From the IMG/VR virus record IMGVR_UViG_3300044655_001269, positions 7,836-71,835 of that record: 64,000 nt of DNA. One strand, written 5' to 3'. The DNA is from a virus. Lineage: Duplodnaviria; Caudoviricetes. Made by a program: the position numbers and the translations under genes. A model generated the notes under the pieces. The model ran no database searches and was not told where the DNA came from. It saw only the letters and a list, made by a program, of their open reading frames with translations. Shown one piece after another: positions 18,695 through 29,448 of this stretch. How positions within the stretch are numbered: the stretch's first letter is position 1; each line of letters opens with the position of its first letter.

Positions 18695-19501
18695 CTACAC
18701 GTACAGCACCTTGTCAAGAGTTCCAGTGGTTGGGATATGTTTAATTCTAAACCAAGACCATTTACCTACGATATTTTTGTAGACATCTAAGGTTGGGTCT
18801 ATGTCGGTGATATCAACCCATTTGCAAGGTGTACCGCCTTGTTGTTCAATACTGCCCTGAATGGTTACTGTTCCAGTATAATTGGTGAAATAGAACTGGA
18901 ATGTATGTAGGCTTTGTGGTGTTGATTCACTTGGTTGTGCATCGATAATACTACTAACGAAGAATTTTGGATCTAATGAGCCAGTAGTAATTGGATTATT
19001 ATAGTTGAACTTATCAACAACCAATGCTGGTTTTACTTCGCCAAGCGCATCGCCTGCGATTTCAATCGTGCCTTTAACACCATATTGTGCATCCATATAC
19101 ATCGGTTTCTTGGTCGTGACAACGTATTCGGTACTATCAATCGTTTCACGAAATTCCTGGAATACGGTGTAATTGTAATACCCATTTTCTAGGTCAAGTA
19201 AGTCTGTACGGTTAATGGTAACCGTTACTCTGCCTTTAGCAGCATTTATCGTGTCGCAATCACGTTGAAGAACGACTTTACCCGTTCTTGAAATTAAGTT
19301 AAATACAAGCACCGATTGGGATATATCGGTAGCTTTCTGATCAGCGTTGCGAACTTGTAGATCAATCTTGTTGTCTACACTTTGATATATTTTTAGATTT
19401 CGGTTATACACTCTGCGATACCTCTCTGTTGACCAAGTGCTTGACGAATCTGTGAATACGTCAATTTTGTTTGCTAGTAAATATAATGAATTAGATTGCA
19501 T
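18695..19501 (-). CDS. Conserved beta-rich protein, probably virion-associated
   Basis: TAAATA upstream; beta-strand-rich sequence. Confidence 0.5.
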   Translation of the reverse strand: MQSNSLYLLANKIDVFTDSSSTWSTERYRRVYNRNLKIYQSVDNKIDLQVRNADQKATDISQSVLVFNLISRTGKVVLQRDCDTINAAKGRVTVTINRTDLLDLENGYYNYTVFQEFRETIDSTEYVVTTKKPMYMDAQYGVKGTIEIAGDALGEVKPALVVDKFNYNNPITTGSLDPKFFVSSIIDAQPSESTPQSLHTFQFYFTNYTGTVTIQGSIEQQGGTPCKWVDITDIDPTLDVYKNIVGKWSWFRIKHIPTTGTLDKVLYV

Positions 19502-19524
19502 TTTAAAGGACCTTTAACGTATTT

Positions 19525-19899
19525 ATGATATTAACCGACAACATCCAAGAGAACTTTCCATTCTTAACCGTGATCACGCACGTTAAGAACGAGTACGTTG
19601 GAATTATTATTAACCAAGATAACGTGATCACCAGTATGTATGACTACGGGTCGATACGTACTGATGCAGAAAAGGCGAAGTTTATTGAGCTTGGTGAGGT
19701 ATGGTGGTGGGAGTCGAATAGACAAATCCCTATTAGTATATTCTTGGGTTCGGAAATTGAAGAATTTCAGTATGCCATCAAGAACTTTACTACTAAGGAT
19801 GTTGTCGTGGAATTTGGTCCAGTAACTAAATTATCTGATATCATCACAAAACGAGTAAAAAGAAAGTCTATAACCTTAATAAGAAAACTACCTAAGTAG
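19525..19899 (+). CDS. Conserved jumbo-phage hypothetical protein (WWWESNR motif)
   Basis: Intact ORF. Confidence 0.65.
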   Translation: MILTDNIQENFPFLTVITHVKNEYVGIIINQDNVITSMYDYGSIRTDAEKAKFIELGEVWWWESNRQIPISIFLGSEIEEFQYAIKNFTTKDVVVEFGPVTKLSDIITKRVKRKSITLIRKLPK

Positions 19900-20454
19900 C
19901 TGGTTACATATAAAGTTCATTTGCACAACAATAGCCGTTGCATACGCTATACCATGTGAATGTTTAAAAGCGTAACCAGTTTCAGTACCAGTATCTTTCC
20001 AAACCTCTTGCATAATAGCATTCCAATCTTTACCAACCAAGTATCTTTTAGCCGGTCTAATCAATGCAAGGACAGCTGCCAGCTGTTCTATTGAGGTTGG
20101 TTTCATTGCTCGTAGTAAATCACCATGATCTGCTACGTGATAAAGATTACTGATAAAGATATCGTCTTCAAGTAATTCCCACATGGGTTCTGTATTCATT
20201 AACTCGATGAGTTCTTGTTCCGAAGTAATCCCATTGTAAATCCCAACATTCAAGAAGTCGATTTTAAAGTAATCGGTTGCTTCTTTGTATTGAACACTAC
20301 AAAGATTGGTAGGTGCATCTACTGGTACTTCATGTAGATACACTCCTGAGTTATGCTTAACGAGTTTACCATTATCAAGTCTACTTGCTCTTATGTGTTT
20401 AAAAAGAGCAAGTGCTTTTTCACGGTCTTGAAAATCGATATCAATGTCCATCAT
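19888..20454 (-). CDS. Minimal DnaE (Pol III alpha)-like catalytic-core protein
   Basis: DIDIDF, KHNSGVY, KIDFL, IRP and YAFKHSH..AY motifs of family C polymerases in only 188 aa. Confidence 0.75.
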   Translation of the reverse strand: MMDIDIDFQDREKALALFKHIRASRLDNGKLVKHNSGVYLHEVPVDAPTNLCSVQYKEATDYFKIDFLNVGIYNGITSEQELIELMNTEPMWELLEDDIFISNLYHVADHGDLLRAMKPTSIEQLAAVLALIRPAKRYLVGKDWNAIMQEVWKDTGTETGYAFKHSHGIAYATAIVVQMNFICNQLLR

Positions 20455-21167
20455 CTCAATTTTGCCTCTTTGATAACTTCTTTGATAAAGACAACATCGG
20501 CAGGCAACTCTTTGAATCTTCTCAACCAGAAATTAGGATCAATAACGACACTAATGATATCCAGTTGTTCATCTGTTAACCTGCCAACCATTTCTTTACC
20601 AGCGTTGCAATTAAGAATAACCCATGGTGAAATAAACCCTTCTAATATGTCATGGGTTGCTCGGTTGTTATTAACATACTTGAAGTAATGTTCCCATGGC
20701 GTTTTGTTTAGGTCACCCCATGCCATCATTGTTTTAATAGTACGTTCTAATGCACTATCGGCTGGTTCAATCTTAATCAACTCGGAAACATACTTTTCAT
20801 ACAAGTCATCTCTACACCACTTATCTAACCTAGTACCACTCTTTATAACATAGTCAATGAATCGTTCTGGGTAGATAGGTGATGAGTTAATCATGAAACT
20901 ACCAAACTTAACAAATGCTGTATAGTAAGGACCGTTAGCAAAATCTTCGTAGGTTGGTTTTGCTGAATTTGGCATTGTTAGTTCATAAAAACGTACATAT
21001 GCACTGTATGCAATCTTTACATTCTTGTCATCACGTGCGAAGTGTCTGCGTTTCTTCTCACATACGTGAACTTGAAATGTAGATGCCCTAACGAATCCTT
21101 TGCCACAGAACTCGCAATTAAAATTTAAGGGCACTTGCTTTTTTTCTATCCCATCCAAGACATTCAC
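20451..21167 (-). CDS. C2H2-type Zn-finger protein
   Basis: CEFCGKGF...H.C. Confidence 0.6.
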   Translation of the reverse strand: MNVLDGIEKKQVPLNFNCEFCGKGFVRASTFQVHVCEKKRRHFARDDKNVKIAYSAYVRFYELTMPNSAKPTYEDFANGPYYTAFVKFGSFMINSSPIYPERFIDYVIKSGTRLDKWCRDDLYEKYVSELIKIEPADSALERTIKTMMAWGDLNKTPWEHYFKYVNNNRATHDILEGFISPWVILNCNAGKEMVGRLTDEQLDIISVVIDPNFWLRRFKELPADVVFIKEVIKEAKLR

Positions 21168-21600
21168 AGTATTCTCTAACCTCTTTATCAGTTGTAATGT
21201 TCGCTAACGCGGTGATATCATCCATCTTCATGTTTGGGAAAAGTTCCGCAAGGAACTTTTCCTTCTTGGTAGATGTTTTCTCGACTTTAATCCATTTATG
21301 ATTCTGGATTGTTTCATTGTCATATGAACAAGCACATGCCAATTGCCAAGTCAGTTTAGGATGTTTACCCATTATAGCATAAAGATTCTTATTGTAAATC
21401 TCATTTGTTGCTAAAAGATAATGCTCCACAACTTCCCTATCTTTACTAACAACACTACTTAAGAAGCGATTCATTACAAAAAGAGAAACTGACTTTTGTT
21501 CTTCTTCTGTAAACTCTTCCCATGCTTCTTTTGCGTTAAGATCGGTGGCTGCTAGTACTTCTTTAATATCAACTTTCTTTGCTTTAGTTGCCATGTACAT
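21118..21600 (-). CDS. Clamp-loader small subunit-like (T4 gp62-like)
   Basis: FVMNRFLS...NE..N...KWIK pattern; replication context. Confidence 0.5.
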   Translation of the reverse strand: MYMATKAKKVDIKEVLAATDLNAKEAWEEFTEEEQKSVSLFVMNRFLSSVVSKDREVVEHYLLATNEIYNKNLYAIMGKHPKLTWQLACACSYDNETIQNHKWIKVEKTSTKKEKFLAELFPNMKMDDITALANITTDKEVREYCECLGWDRKKASALKF

Positions 21601-21937
21601 ATCCTACAGATTCGCGTTCAATATCGGTATGATCGAACTCTGCCCAGTATAACTCAAAAGCAACTGTATCTTCAACCGCTTCGAACTGATGATATTCACC
21701 GGGTGCTACTTTAGTATACTGACCTGCAGTTAATACAGTGGTATCCACTAGGTCGTAGTTGTTCTTCCAAACACGGATTATCATCTTACCAGATTCAACA
21801 AAGAACCCATTCCACTTGTATTTGTGCTTATGTTTAGAACAAGTACCACCAGCAATAGCTTGTATACGATGGAATTCAAGTACTCCATTTGCTTCTAGTA
21901 GCTCGGTTTGACCCCATACTTTACCTGCGATTATCAT
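21584..21937 (-). CDS. Cupin-domain protein
   Basis: KVWG, H.H..K...F, PGEYHQF. Confidence 0.75.
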   Translation of the reverse strand: MIIAGKVWGQTELLEANGVLEFHRIQAIAGGTCSKHKHKYKWNGFFVESGKMIIRVWKNNYDLVDTTVLTAGQYTKVAPGEYHQFEAVEDTVAFELYWAEFDHTDIERESVGYVHGN

Positions 21938-22148
21938 TATTAGTTCCTATATCAAAATGTTTACGTGAAATCCAATGTTCGATTGTTATATCTTCGTTGA
22001 ATACCTTTACTTTTCTTCGACCACGATATGCCAATTCTAACCATATATGATCGTCACTTTTGGCACATCGACGTGGAAGCCAAGATAACTTTAACTCCCA
22101 CGTCATCAATTCGAAGAATTGCGTGAATGTATTATATCGATATGCCAT
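21921..22148 (-). CDS. Hypothetical protein
   Basis: Operon-embedded ORF. Confidence 0.55.
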   Translation of the reverse strand: MAYRYNTFTQFFELMTWELKLSWLPRRCAKSDDHIWLELAYRGRRKVKVFNEDITIEHWISRKHFDIGTNNDNRR

Positions 22149-22154
22149 ACAACG

Positions 22155-22661
22155 TCACATGATCTGGTCGATTTTCAAAGATTCGCATTGTTTAGTTACG
22201 TCTTTAATGAAAAAGACGCATCTTGGATTCTCGTCATCACCTAATGGGACTGATAAGTAATGTCCATTTCTCAACTTAGGAAAGAACCATTTGACATCTT
22301 GGAAGATATTTGCAATTTTAATCTCAGAGAATTCAGCACCAAAGCCAGTCATTGGGTTGAAAGTAAATGCTTCAAACTTACGTTGATTCAAGCTAGTCAA
22401 TGGGATTGCTTCTGGATCTAATCCACACTCTTGATCACCCACTAGGATATGCCAATCAAGTGGCATTTGTATAGTGTAGCTATCGATTTTAAGTTGAATA
22501 GCTGGACTATTAAATGATTCCATGAAAATCAATGGATGGAAAAAGAAGTCTGGGTTTTCTGAGTTTGAATTATCTAATACACTATAACGGATATCTTCTT
22601 CAATCACGTCAGGTAAATCATTCAAGTTATAAGACTTATTGTTCAATGTTAAAATTCGCAT
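22155..22661 (-). CDS. Conserved hypothetical protein
   Basis: Operon-embedded ORF downstream of uvsW. Confidence 0.65.
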   Translation of the reverse strand: MRILTLNNKSYNLNDLPDVIEEDIRYSVLDNSNSENPDFFFHPLIFMESFNSPAIQLKIDSYTIQMPLDWHILVGDQECGLDPEAIPLTSLNQRKFEAFTFNPMTGFGAEFSEIKIANIFQDVKWFFPKLRNGHYLSVPLGDDENPRCVFFIKDVTKQCESLKIDQIM

Positions 22662-22722
22662 GTGGGTCCTTGATTAATAATGTTTAATATCCAATTGTAC
22701 AACTTTAGTGGTGATTTGTCAA

Positions 22723-24837
22723 TTACAGATTTACTTTAGTAACGGTGAATGGGTATTGAGCCTCTTTGTAATACCGTTTACGTTCAGTCAAATGTTTTTT
22801 AGCATACTTACACGCACTGGTGATGTCATACACGTCAACATAATCTTTGTCATCTGCTTTACGAATACCACGACCAATAGACTGAATAACACGTGTAAAA
22901 CTCTTACCTGGTTCTACTAAAACTAGGTTAAAGATACGTGGTAAGTTAATACCGGTACTGGCTACACCAAACGTTGCGATAATAACTTTATCATCACTTG
23001 TTTTGATTTCATCGTATTCAGTTTTACGGTTTTTAGACTTAACACTACCATTAATGAATGTGCTGTTGGGGATCAAATCAGTTAACACCTTACCAGTTTC
23101 AATTCTGTTAACAAGAACTAATGTGTTACCAGTAGCCGTCATTTCAACGATTTTACTTGCCATCCAAGTAAGTCTACGTGTATCAGTTACCAAAAAATCA
23201 TACTCCGCTTGGTAGTTTTTAAATGATTGCACATCATTGGTTTGTAGAATATTGATATGCAAGTCAGCAAGAATACCTAGATCCTGTAAATCTTTAGCTG
23301 TAACAGTATTAATAACGGAACCAAGACTCGCAAGAATCCCTTGGAATTCATGTGGTTCTTTTGGTACGGTACCAGTTAATCCCCATCTAATAGGACAGTG
23401 CTTGAAGTTCTGGGTAAGGAGTTTGGTTAGAATTGAAGCGGAGGCTGCGTGACACTCGTCCACGATAACCGCAGTTACCCCATCAATAAACTCAGCAAGT
23501 GATAAAATCGCTTGGTCTGGGTCTTTCTTATCGAGTGCTTCTAAACTTTGCCATGTACAAATGGTGTGGGTTTTGCCAAGTTCTTTTCTATCACCGTAAT
23601 AAACACCAACATCAAGTCCTACGTTTTTGTAATCTTCTTCGGTTTGTAGTACCAAATCTTTACTAGGTACAATAACCATAGAACGACCATAAGGTTCACA
23701 TAACTGACTTAGGGTAGCCGTTGTGATTGTGTTATGTGTTACGATGAAATCATCTGTTACATATAGATGTTCTGGACTATCAATCATAATACACTTAACT
23801 GGTTCATTGGAAACCAATTTGATGTCACTGATTTGTAGTTTTAAATCCGGTACAGGTAGAGTCGCATCAACTGTATACTTACCATCATTATAAGCTAATC
23901 GAGCCAAACCACCAATACTTCTAACAAGTTGCTGGAATCCCTCTGCTTCCGATTTAAATGCAGTCACTAACGGTGTGCCAAGAAGTTTGTTAAGTTGTTC
24001 AATTAGATGCAACCGCATCGATAAATCAACAGGATTCGATGCAGCTTGGTGATCCATTGTAACCATTGGAATGCTTAATGCAGATGTCCCACCAAGTAGA
24101 ACAATAAGACTTTCAGTGGTTACATGACTCCAAGCTGAATTGACAAATACCTTCCAAATATGATCACCACAAGCACGAGTAGTTCTACCATCTTCAAATG
24201 TTAACGCATAAACGTCTTTGTTACCAGGCTCGAATACATCAAGTACTGCAACTGATTCACCAGTCGGTGTTAATACTTGGTCACCTACTTGAATATCACC
24301 TATTGGTCTAAAACCAGTTGGTGTCAATACGTTACAGGTTAATGGTTGACACTTACCCGCACCTGTTGATATGGATTGAAGTGACTGTGGATTTTGCAAG
24401 TACATGTTAACTGCATGTGCTTGGTCCTCACGTAGCATAATAGGTTCACCAGCATATCGATGGCCTTCTGGCCAAACTTTACCTTGGTCTGCCCAATATG
24501 ATTCAGTTATCGGATCGAATTTCAAATCAATTGGTTTTCTTTTATCTTCAATCTCGATTTCATATCCATCATTTTGAATAATAGGTAATATGACATCTAA
24601 ATGGGCTAAGAACCCAGTACCACCGATACTAAAAAATGTTTTAGTACCATCCCAGCGACCAAGTTTATAGGCTGGCATATGACGAGCATAAGGCAATTCA
24701 TATTTCAATTTACTAACTAGTTTACGACGGGTTTCAACCGCTAACCCATCTATTTGGATGTTTACTTCATCCTTAATTATTAATTTACAGTTTGACAAGG
24801 TTCTTACTCCAGTGGTGGATTGTTGGTTTGTATTCAC
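22723..24837 (-). CDS. uvsW: SF2 DNA helicase UvsW, intein-containing
   Basis: WDG, TGAGK/T, DECH, GLTGT, QSIGRGIR. Confidence 0.9.
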   Translation of the reverse strand: MNTNQQSTTGVRTLSNCKLIIKDEVNIQIDGLAVETRRKLVSKLKYELPYARHMPAYKLGRWDGTKTFFSIGGTGFLAHLDVILPIIQNDGYEIEIEDKRKPIDLKFDPITESYWADQGKVWPEGHRYAGEPIMLREDQAHAVNMYLQNPQSLQSISTGAGKCQPLTCNVLTPTGFRPIGDIQVGDQVLTPTGESVAVLDVFEPGNKDVYALTFEDGRTTRACGDHIWKVFVNSAWSHVTTESLIVLLGGTSALSIPMVTMDHQAASNPVDLSMRLHLIEQLNKLLGTPLVTAFKSEAEGFQQLVRSIGGLARLAYNDGKYTVDATLPVPDLKLQISDIKLVSNEPVKCIMIDSPEHLYVTDDFIVTHNTITTATLSQLCEPYGRSMVIVPSKDLVLQTEEDYKNVGLDVGVYYGDRKELGKTHTICTWQSLEALDKKDPDQAILSLAEFIDGVTAVIVDECHAASASILTKLLTQNFKHCPIRWGLTGTVPKEPHEFQGILASLGSVINTVTAKDLQDLGILADLHINILQTNDVQSFKNYQAEYDFLVTDTRRLTWMASKIVEMTATGNTLVLVNRIETGKVLTDLIPNSTFINGSVKSKNRKTEYDEIKTSDDKVIIATFGVASTGINLPRIFNLVLVEPGKSFTRVIQSIGRGIRKADDKDYVDVYDITSACKYAKKHLTERKRYYKEAQYPFTVTKVNL
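23731..24351 (-). mobile_element. Intein in UvsW Walker A (207 aa, degenerate endonuclease)
   Basis: GK|CQPL...VTHN|T. Confidence 0.88.
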
Positions 24838-25912
24838 TTAAATGTATAACGCAAGGATGCGAATCCAGCCATTCTCGGGTTACTACATTTGTTGACGGGT
24901 ATATGTTGTTTGTAACTAGCATCATAACATTTTCTGATTGATCTATCAACCAATTATTTGGTCTGTAGATACTTATTATGATTTTTCCAGCACGTACATT
25001 CTTATTCAACCCATATTCAATGACTATATCATTGAGTGGATTGTTACCTTTTACCGCAGACCCATACTTAACCTCGTCCATTGAAATAGGTGAGCGTTTA
25101 ACTGCTTCGATGAAATCTTGTAACCAATAATAATTGTTGCTTGCTCTATCTAGTACAATACACACTTTACCTTGTATATGGTGGCAAAGTATCAAGAATC
25201 TATCGATATCTGTTAACCAAAAAGCATTTTCAGGTAATGAAGCGATGCGTTCTACTAAGTTTCTTGGTCTACCAGCATACAAATATCCCATGTGTTTCGC
25301 TAAGAATAGGTCTTGAAGTCTATTACCGGTTTTGTGTGAATCAAACCAAGTATCGGTTTCTTCGGTTGAGTTAACCAAATATACTTGCTTATCGATAACC
25401 ACACTATGCGGAGATGCTTGCTTTTCTTCAGCTAGGCAATCTTCGGTTTCAAACGCAATAGTTTCAAATGACGGGTCTATTTCAAAACCATGTCTTAATG
25501 CAAAATCGTATAACTGTATGACATTAATATCAAATAGACTACCGGTGCGATATCGTAACTCGGAATTCCAACTAGTAGATTCATCATCAAATTCAGATTC
25601 GAAGTTGGCTTTGATACTAAACGGAAATTGTATATGTACTCGATTATCTGTAATCCAGACCCGTTTACCGGTATCTATTTGTCTAAAAGATAATTTCCAA
25701 CTAGGGTTGTCAAGTACCGGAGATAAGTCAACTGGTACTTGATGCTTGTGACTAGACATTATGGATAACAAATAACCGGCTTGTTTGTCGGTGAATTGTT
25801 TACCATCTTGACACATTGTTTTAAATTGTTTAGCTGCGGTTGCAACTGATGGATCAAACTTCTCAACTAATCCATAGAATAAGGGGTACACGTCTTCAAT
25901 ATAAGGTATCAT
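24785..25912 (-). CDS. Hypothetical protein
   Basis: 375-aa intact ORF. Confidence 0.7.
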   Translation of the reverse strand: MIPYIEDVYPLFYGLVEKFDPSVATAAKQFKTMCQDGKQFTDKQAGYLLSIMSSHKHQVPVDLSPVLDNPSWKLSFRQIDTGKRVWITDNRVHIQFPFSIKANFESEFDDESTSWNSELRYRTGSLFDINVIQLYDFALRHGFEIDPSFETIAFETEDCLAEEKQASPHSVVIDKQVYLVNSTEETDTWFDSHKTGNRLQDLFLAKHMGYLYAGRPRNLVERIASLPENAFWLTDIDRFLILCHHIQGKVCIVLDRASNNYYWLQDFIEAVKRSPISMDEVKYGSAVKGNNPLNDIVIEYGLNKNVRAGKIIISIYRPNNWLIDQSENVMMLVTNNIYPSTNVVTREWLDSHPCVIHLSEYKPTIHHWSKNLVKL

Positions 25913-26745
25913 ATAAGTAGTCTTTTTAAAGGTAGGCCAGTGGCAATTTCATCTAAAGTCCATTCTGTATGTGTTAATTTTAAAAACCAATCTTCTCTAT
26001 CGGGTAATACTGGGTTGTGTATCGTTTTCATCGGTGAACTTACTGGGTATGCCAGACTAGTACTATCACAAATAACAGGTGTTCCATGAATAGCGGCTTG
26101 TATAGAAGGACCACTATTGTGGTTAACTACACAATGATAATTGTAATCTATATCGTAGCTATCGTAAGTTCCAGTAACTCGGTTTGGACGTTCACAGTGA
26201 ACATCTTTTCTAATTGGTACACATATAATTGACCTAGGATGCGGTCTTACTACTACAGTTCTATCGGTATATTGTCTGATTACTGTAATGGTTTGTTCAA
26301 TCCAATCGTTGGTTGGTATTTGATGTTGCCATTGTAAACTATCTTGATGTTGCAATGCAAGTAGAATTTCAGGTTTTCTGGTTGCATTATCTTTTAGTGC
26401 CAGTCCTAACTTAGCTGGTCTGTTTTCATCCAAATCAGTTTCATGGCCGTAGAACCCTAGCGCATTCATGTGATTCAGCGAAACTTTCCATGTAGTTCCA
26501 CGTATTAGGCTTCCAATTTCTAGTATGACAATTGGTTTATTGGTAACTTTAGCTGATTCATATATTCCAGCATTCGGAGCCATTCTGCCTTTCCATAGAA
26601 CTGACCAGATAACATCAACATCGGAATCTTCGTCTACTACGCTATGGCCTAATACCAGTAATCCTTGTTCAAACGCATCGAATACTGGACCGCTATTCAT
26701 TGCACCGAACTCTCTATATAACCGAAATCGCATTGTAAACCTCAC
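25909..26745 (-). CDS. Capsule-polysaccharide-synthesis (KpsS/KpsC-like) GT-B protein
   Basis: Q...DS, VRPHP, NS...AAIHG.PV motifs. Confidence 0.65.
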   Translation of the reverse strand: MRFTMRFRLYREFGAMNSGPVFDAFEQGLLVLGHSVVDEDSDVDVIWSVLWKGRMAPNAGIYESAKVTNKPIVILEIGSLIRGTTWKVSLNHMNALGFYGHETDLDENRPAKLGLALKDNATRKPEILLALQHQDSLQWQHQIPTNDWIEQTITVIRQYTDRTVVVRPHPRSIICVPIRKDVHCERPNRVTGTYDSYDIDYNYHCVVNHNSGPSIQAAIHGTPVICDSTSLAYPVSSPMKTIHNPVLPDREDWFLKLTHTEWTLDEIATGLPLKRLLI

Positions 26746-26774
26746 TAAATAGTTATTTAACGAATAGAGAAAAT

Positions 26775-27578
26775 ATGAAAGTCACTGTAGTAACAACATT
26801 TAATCAAAAAGGTTTGACCACGTATGCTCAACGAATGATCGATTCATTCAACGAGAACTGGCCTAAAGAGGTCACTTTACAACTATACCCAGAGAATTGC
26901 AAGCCTAATATTGATCATGTTGATAATGCCAGTTTATTCAACTTAGTAAATGTACCAGAGTTAATGGCATTTAAAGACAAGTGGAAAGATATTCCAATGG
27001 CTACTGGCTGGTGTGAAGATTCAACACAGAAGCACCCCGATAAAACACAAAAGGTTGGTTTCAAATGGGATGCAGTTCGCTTCGCTCACAAGGTTTACAG
27101 TATATTTCACTGTGCAAGTCGTTCTAAAGCAGACCTATTGATTTGGATGGATGCTGACACGATTTGTCATAGTCCAATTACGATGGCTGAAATCGAAAGA
27201 TTATGTCCACCTAATAAAGATATTTGTTTCTTAGGTCGTAAAGGAAAGTACACCGAATGCGGTTTATATGCTATGAATTTAAAGAGTGAAAAGGTTCGTA
27301 AATTCTTAGCTAAGTTCCAACGTTATTATGATGATGCTGAGAATGGTATTTTCACATTAGAAGAATGGCATGATAGTTATGTATTCGATGCAGTTAGAAA
27401 GCTATTTGACTTGAATGAATTAGATTGGAGTAGTCATTTGGTTGCTGGTGAAGGTCATCCATTGATTAACAGTGAATGGGGTGCTTACTTAGACCACTTG
27501 AAAGGTGATAGAAAGCAAGCAGCCCGTAGCAAATTATCTGATTTGAAAGTACCAAGAAACGAGGCCTACTGGCAATGA
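26775..27578 (+). CDS. GT-A glycosyltransferase
   Basis: RFAHKV, WMDAD (DxD), WHDS, HLKG. Confidence 0.75.
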   Translation: MKVTVVTTFNQKGLTTYAQRMIDSFNENWPKEVTLQLYPENCKPNIDHVDNASLFNLVNVPELMAFKDKWKDIPMATGWCEDSTQKHPDKTQKVGFKWDAVRFAHKVYSIFHCASRSKADLLIWMDADTICHSPITMAEIERLCPPNKDICFLGRKGKYTECGLYAMNLKSEKVRKFLAKFQRYYDDAENGIFTLEEWHDSYVFDAVRKLFDLNELDWSSHLVAGEGHPLINSEWGAYLDHLKGDRKQAARSKLSDLKVPRNEAYWQ

Positions 27579-28249
27579 ACAACTATATCATCCATCTATC
27601 AAAGATTCCAGCTTCTTTGGAAACAGCTACTAACCTAAAAGATAATTTAGAATCTTTTGGAGCAACAGTTGAACTATTCGAAGGTACTTATGGTAATGAT
27701 GCGGTATTGCAAATGGAACAAGAAGGAAGAACTTTACACCCATTTGGTATTAAAGGCCCGATAGATACAGCTGATGTAGATTCCAAAGCAGTTTCTAAAA
27801 TGAGTTCACCTGGTGTCAAAGGCTGTTTCTTCAGTCATTATAACCTATGGAAGAAGTGCGTTGAGTTGGATGAACCCATTATCATATGGGAAGATGATAT
27901 TGTATTAACCAGAGAGTTTATCCCAGTAGAATGGGATGATGTACTTGTAGTTGCATTGGGACATCCAGCGAAAAGTGAACGGTATATCAATTATCTTTTA
28001 GATCCAACCAGTGAACCTGCAGCTTCTGAGTACAGGAATTCGTCAATGCCCGGTTGCTGTGGATATGCTATCAAACCACATGCTGCTAAGAAACTAATTG
28101 AAACATATGCGAATACATTCCTGCCAGCAGATAACGCGATTAACCAGTATCATGTTAAAATTCAAATACACAATTACATAATGGGTACTGCCCTCACAAA
28201 GAAAGATGGAAAGAAAAGCCTAACACGAACCAATTTTTGGAGCAAATAA
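27575..28249 (+). CDS. Glycosyltransferase family 25-like
   Basis: GCFFSHYNLW...IIIWEDD, GYAI.P.AA.KL, PAD. Confidence 0.8.
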   Translation: MNNYIIHLSKIPASLETATNLKDNLESFGATVELFEGTYGNDAVLQMEQEGRTLHPFGIKGPIDTADVDSKAVSKMSSPGVKGCFFSHYNLWKKCVELDEPIIIWEDDIVLTREFIPVEWDDVLVVALGHPAKSERYINYLLDPTSEPAASEYRNSSMPGCCGYAIKPHAAKKLIETYANTFLPADNAINQYHVKIQIHNYIMGTALTKKDGKKSLTRTNFWSK

Positions 28250-28783
28250 ATGTCACATAAAGAACAGTTACACTTTGTAGCTACCGTTAAAGAGAAATAC
28301 CCATTGAAATTTAGAAATGCAAAAGTACTAGAAGTTGGTAGTTTAGACATCAATGGTTCTGTTAGGCAATTTTTCACAAACTGTACGTACATCGGAATTG
28401 ATGTCGGTGAAGGTGCTGGCGTAGATGTAGTAGCAGAAGGTCAAGATTACAATGGTAAAGTCAATTCGTTTGATACTATTATTTCATGCGAATGTTTTGA
28501 ACACAATCCACATTGGGTTGATACTTTCAAAAACATGATTAGAATGACCAAGAAAGGTGGGTTGATTATTATGACCTGTGCAACCACTGGTCGAAAAGAA
28601 CATGGAACTACACGAACCAGTGCAGCTGATAGCCCATTAACTGTTGGTAAAGGTTGGGATTACTACAAGAATCTAACCGAAGAAGATTTTAGAAATGAAA
28701 TCGACTTTTCCAAGTTTTCTACCTTTGAATTTTCTACAAACCCAAAATCAAAAGACTTGTATTTCTTTGGTATCAAGAAGTGA
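28250..28783 (+). CDS. SAM-dependent methyltransferase
   Basis: VLEVGS, GID, FD.I...ECFEH. Confidence 0.85.
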   Translation: MSHKEQLHFVATVKEKYPLKFRNAKVLEVGSLDINGSVRQFFTNCTYIGIDVGEGAGVDVVAEGQDYNGKVNSFDTIISCECFEHNPHWVDTFKNMIRMTKKGGLIIMTCATTGRKEHGTTRTSAADSPLTVGKGWDYYKNLTEEDFRNEIDFSKFSTFEFSTNPKSKDLYFFGIKK

Positions 28784-29448
28784 TAAGCATACTAACACCA
28801 AGCCGTAGTAGACCTACATTAGCAAAACGTATGATGCAGTCTGCGTTTAACGCACCAGGTTGTATCATCGATATCAAATTCTTTTTGAATTCAGATGACC
28901 CAATGCTGTCTGATTACTTGGAATTCTTAGATGAATCGCAATACATAATTGGACCAAATCAAAGTACTTGTTATAGCTGGAACTTAATGGCTGAACAAGC
29001 AACCTACGACATTTTGTTTTTAGTTGGTGATGATGCACAGTTTGGTTGTGATAATTGGGGTGTTAAAGTGTTAAACGTATTTGACCAATACCCAGATAAA
29101 ATAGCATGTGTTTACCCAAGAGCACCATCAGTTAGTAAGAAAAAGAATCCGCATTTCTGCTTACATAAGAATTGGATTAAAGCCCTTGGTTTCTTCTTAC
29201 CACCACACTTTTACCATTGGTATGTTGATACTTGGATTGCCGAAGTCGCAAGAGGCGTTGGTAGATTTCACTTAATTCCAGACTTTGAAATGCCAATCGA
29301 GAACGTAGGAGATGGCGTTTCTAAAAGTTATCATCATTCATGGATGAAAGAACGGGATGCTTGGATGTGGGGAATAACAGCTAGATACAGACAAGCTGAC
29401 ATTAAAAGACTTCAGGAATTCATTGATGAAGAAAATCGCACAAATTAA
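28780..29448 (+). CDS. GT2-like glycosyltransferase
   Basis: ISIL.PSR.R, GDD, WYVD. Confidence 0.7.
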   Translation: MISILTPSRSRPTLAKRMMQSAFNAPGCIIDIKFFLNSDDPMLSDYLEFLDESQYIIGPNQSTCYSWNLMAEQATYDILFLVGDDAQFGCDNWGVKVLNVFDQYPDKIACVYPRAPSVSKKKNPHFCLHKNWIKALGFFLPPHFYHWYVDTWIAEVARGVGRFHLIPDFEMPIENVGDGVSKSYHHSWMKERDAWMWGITARYRQADIKRLQEFIDEENRTN

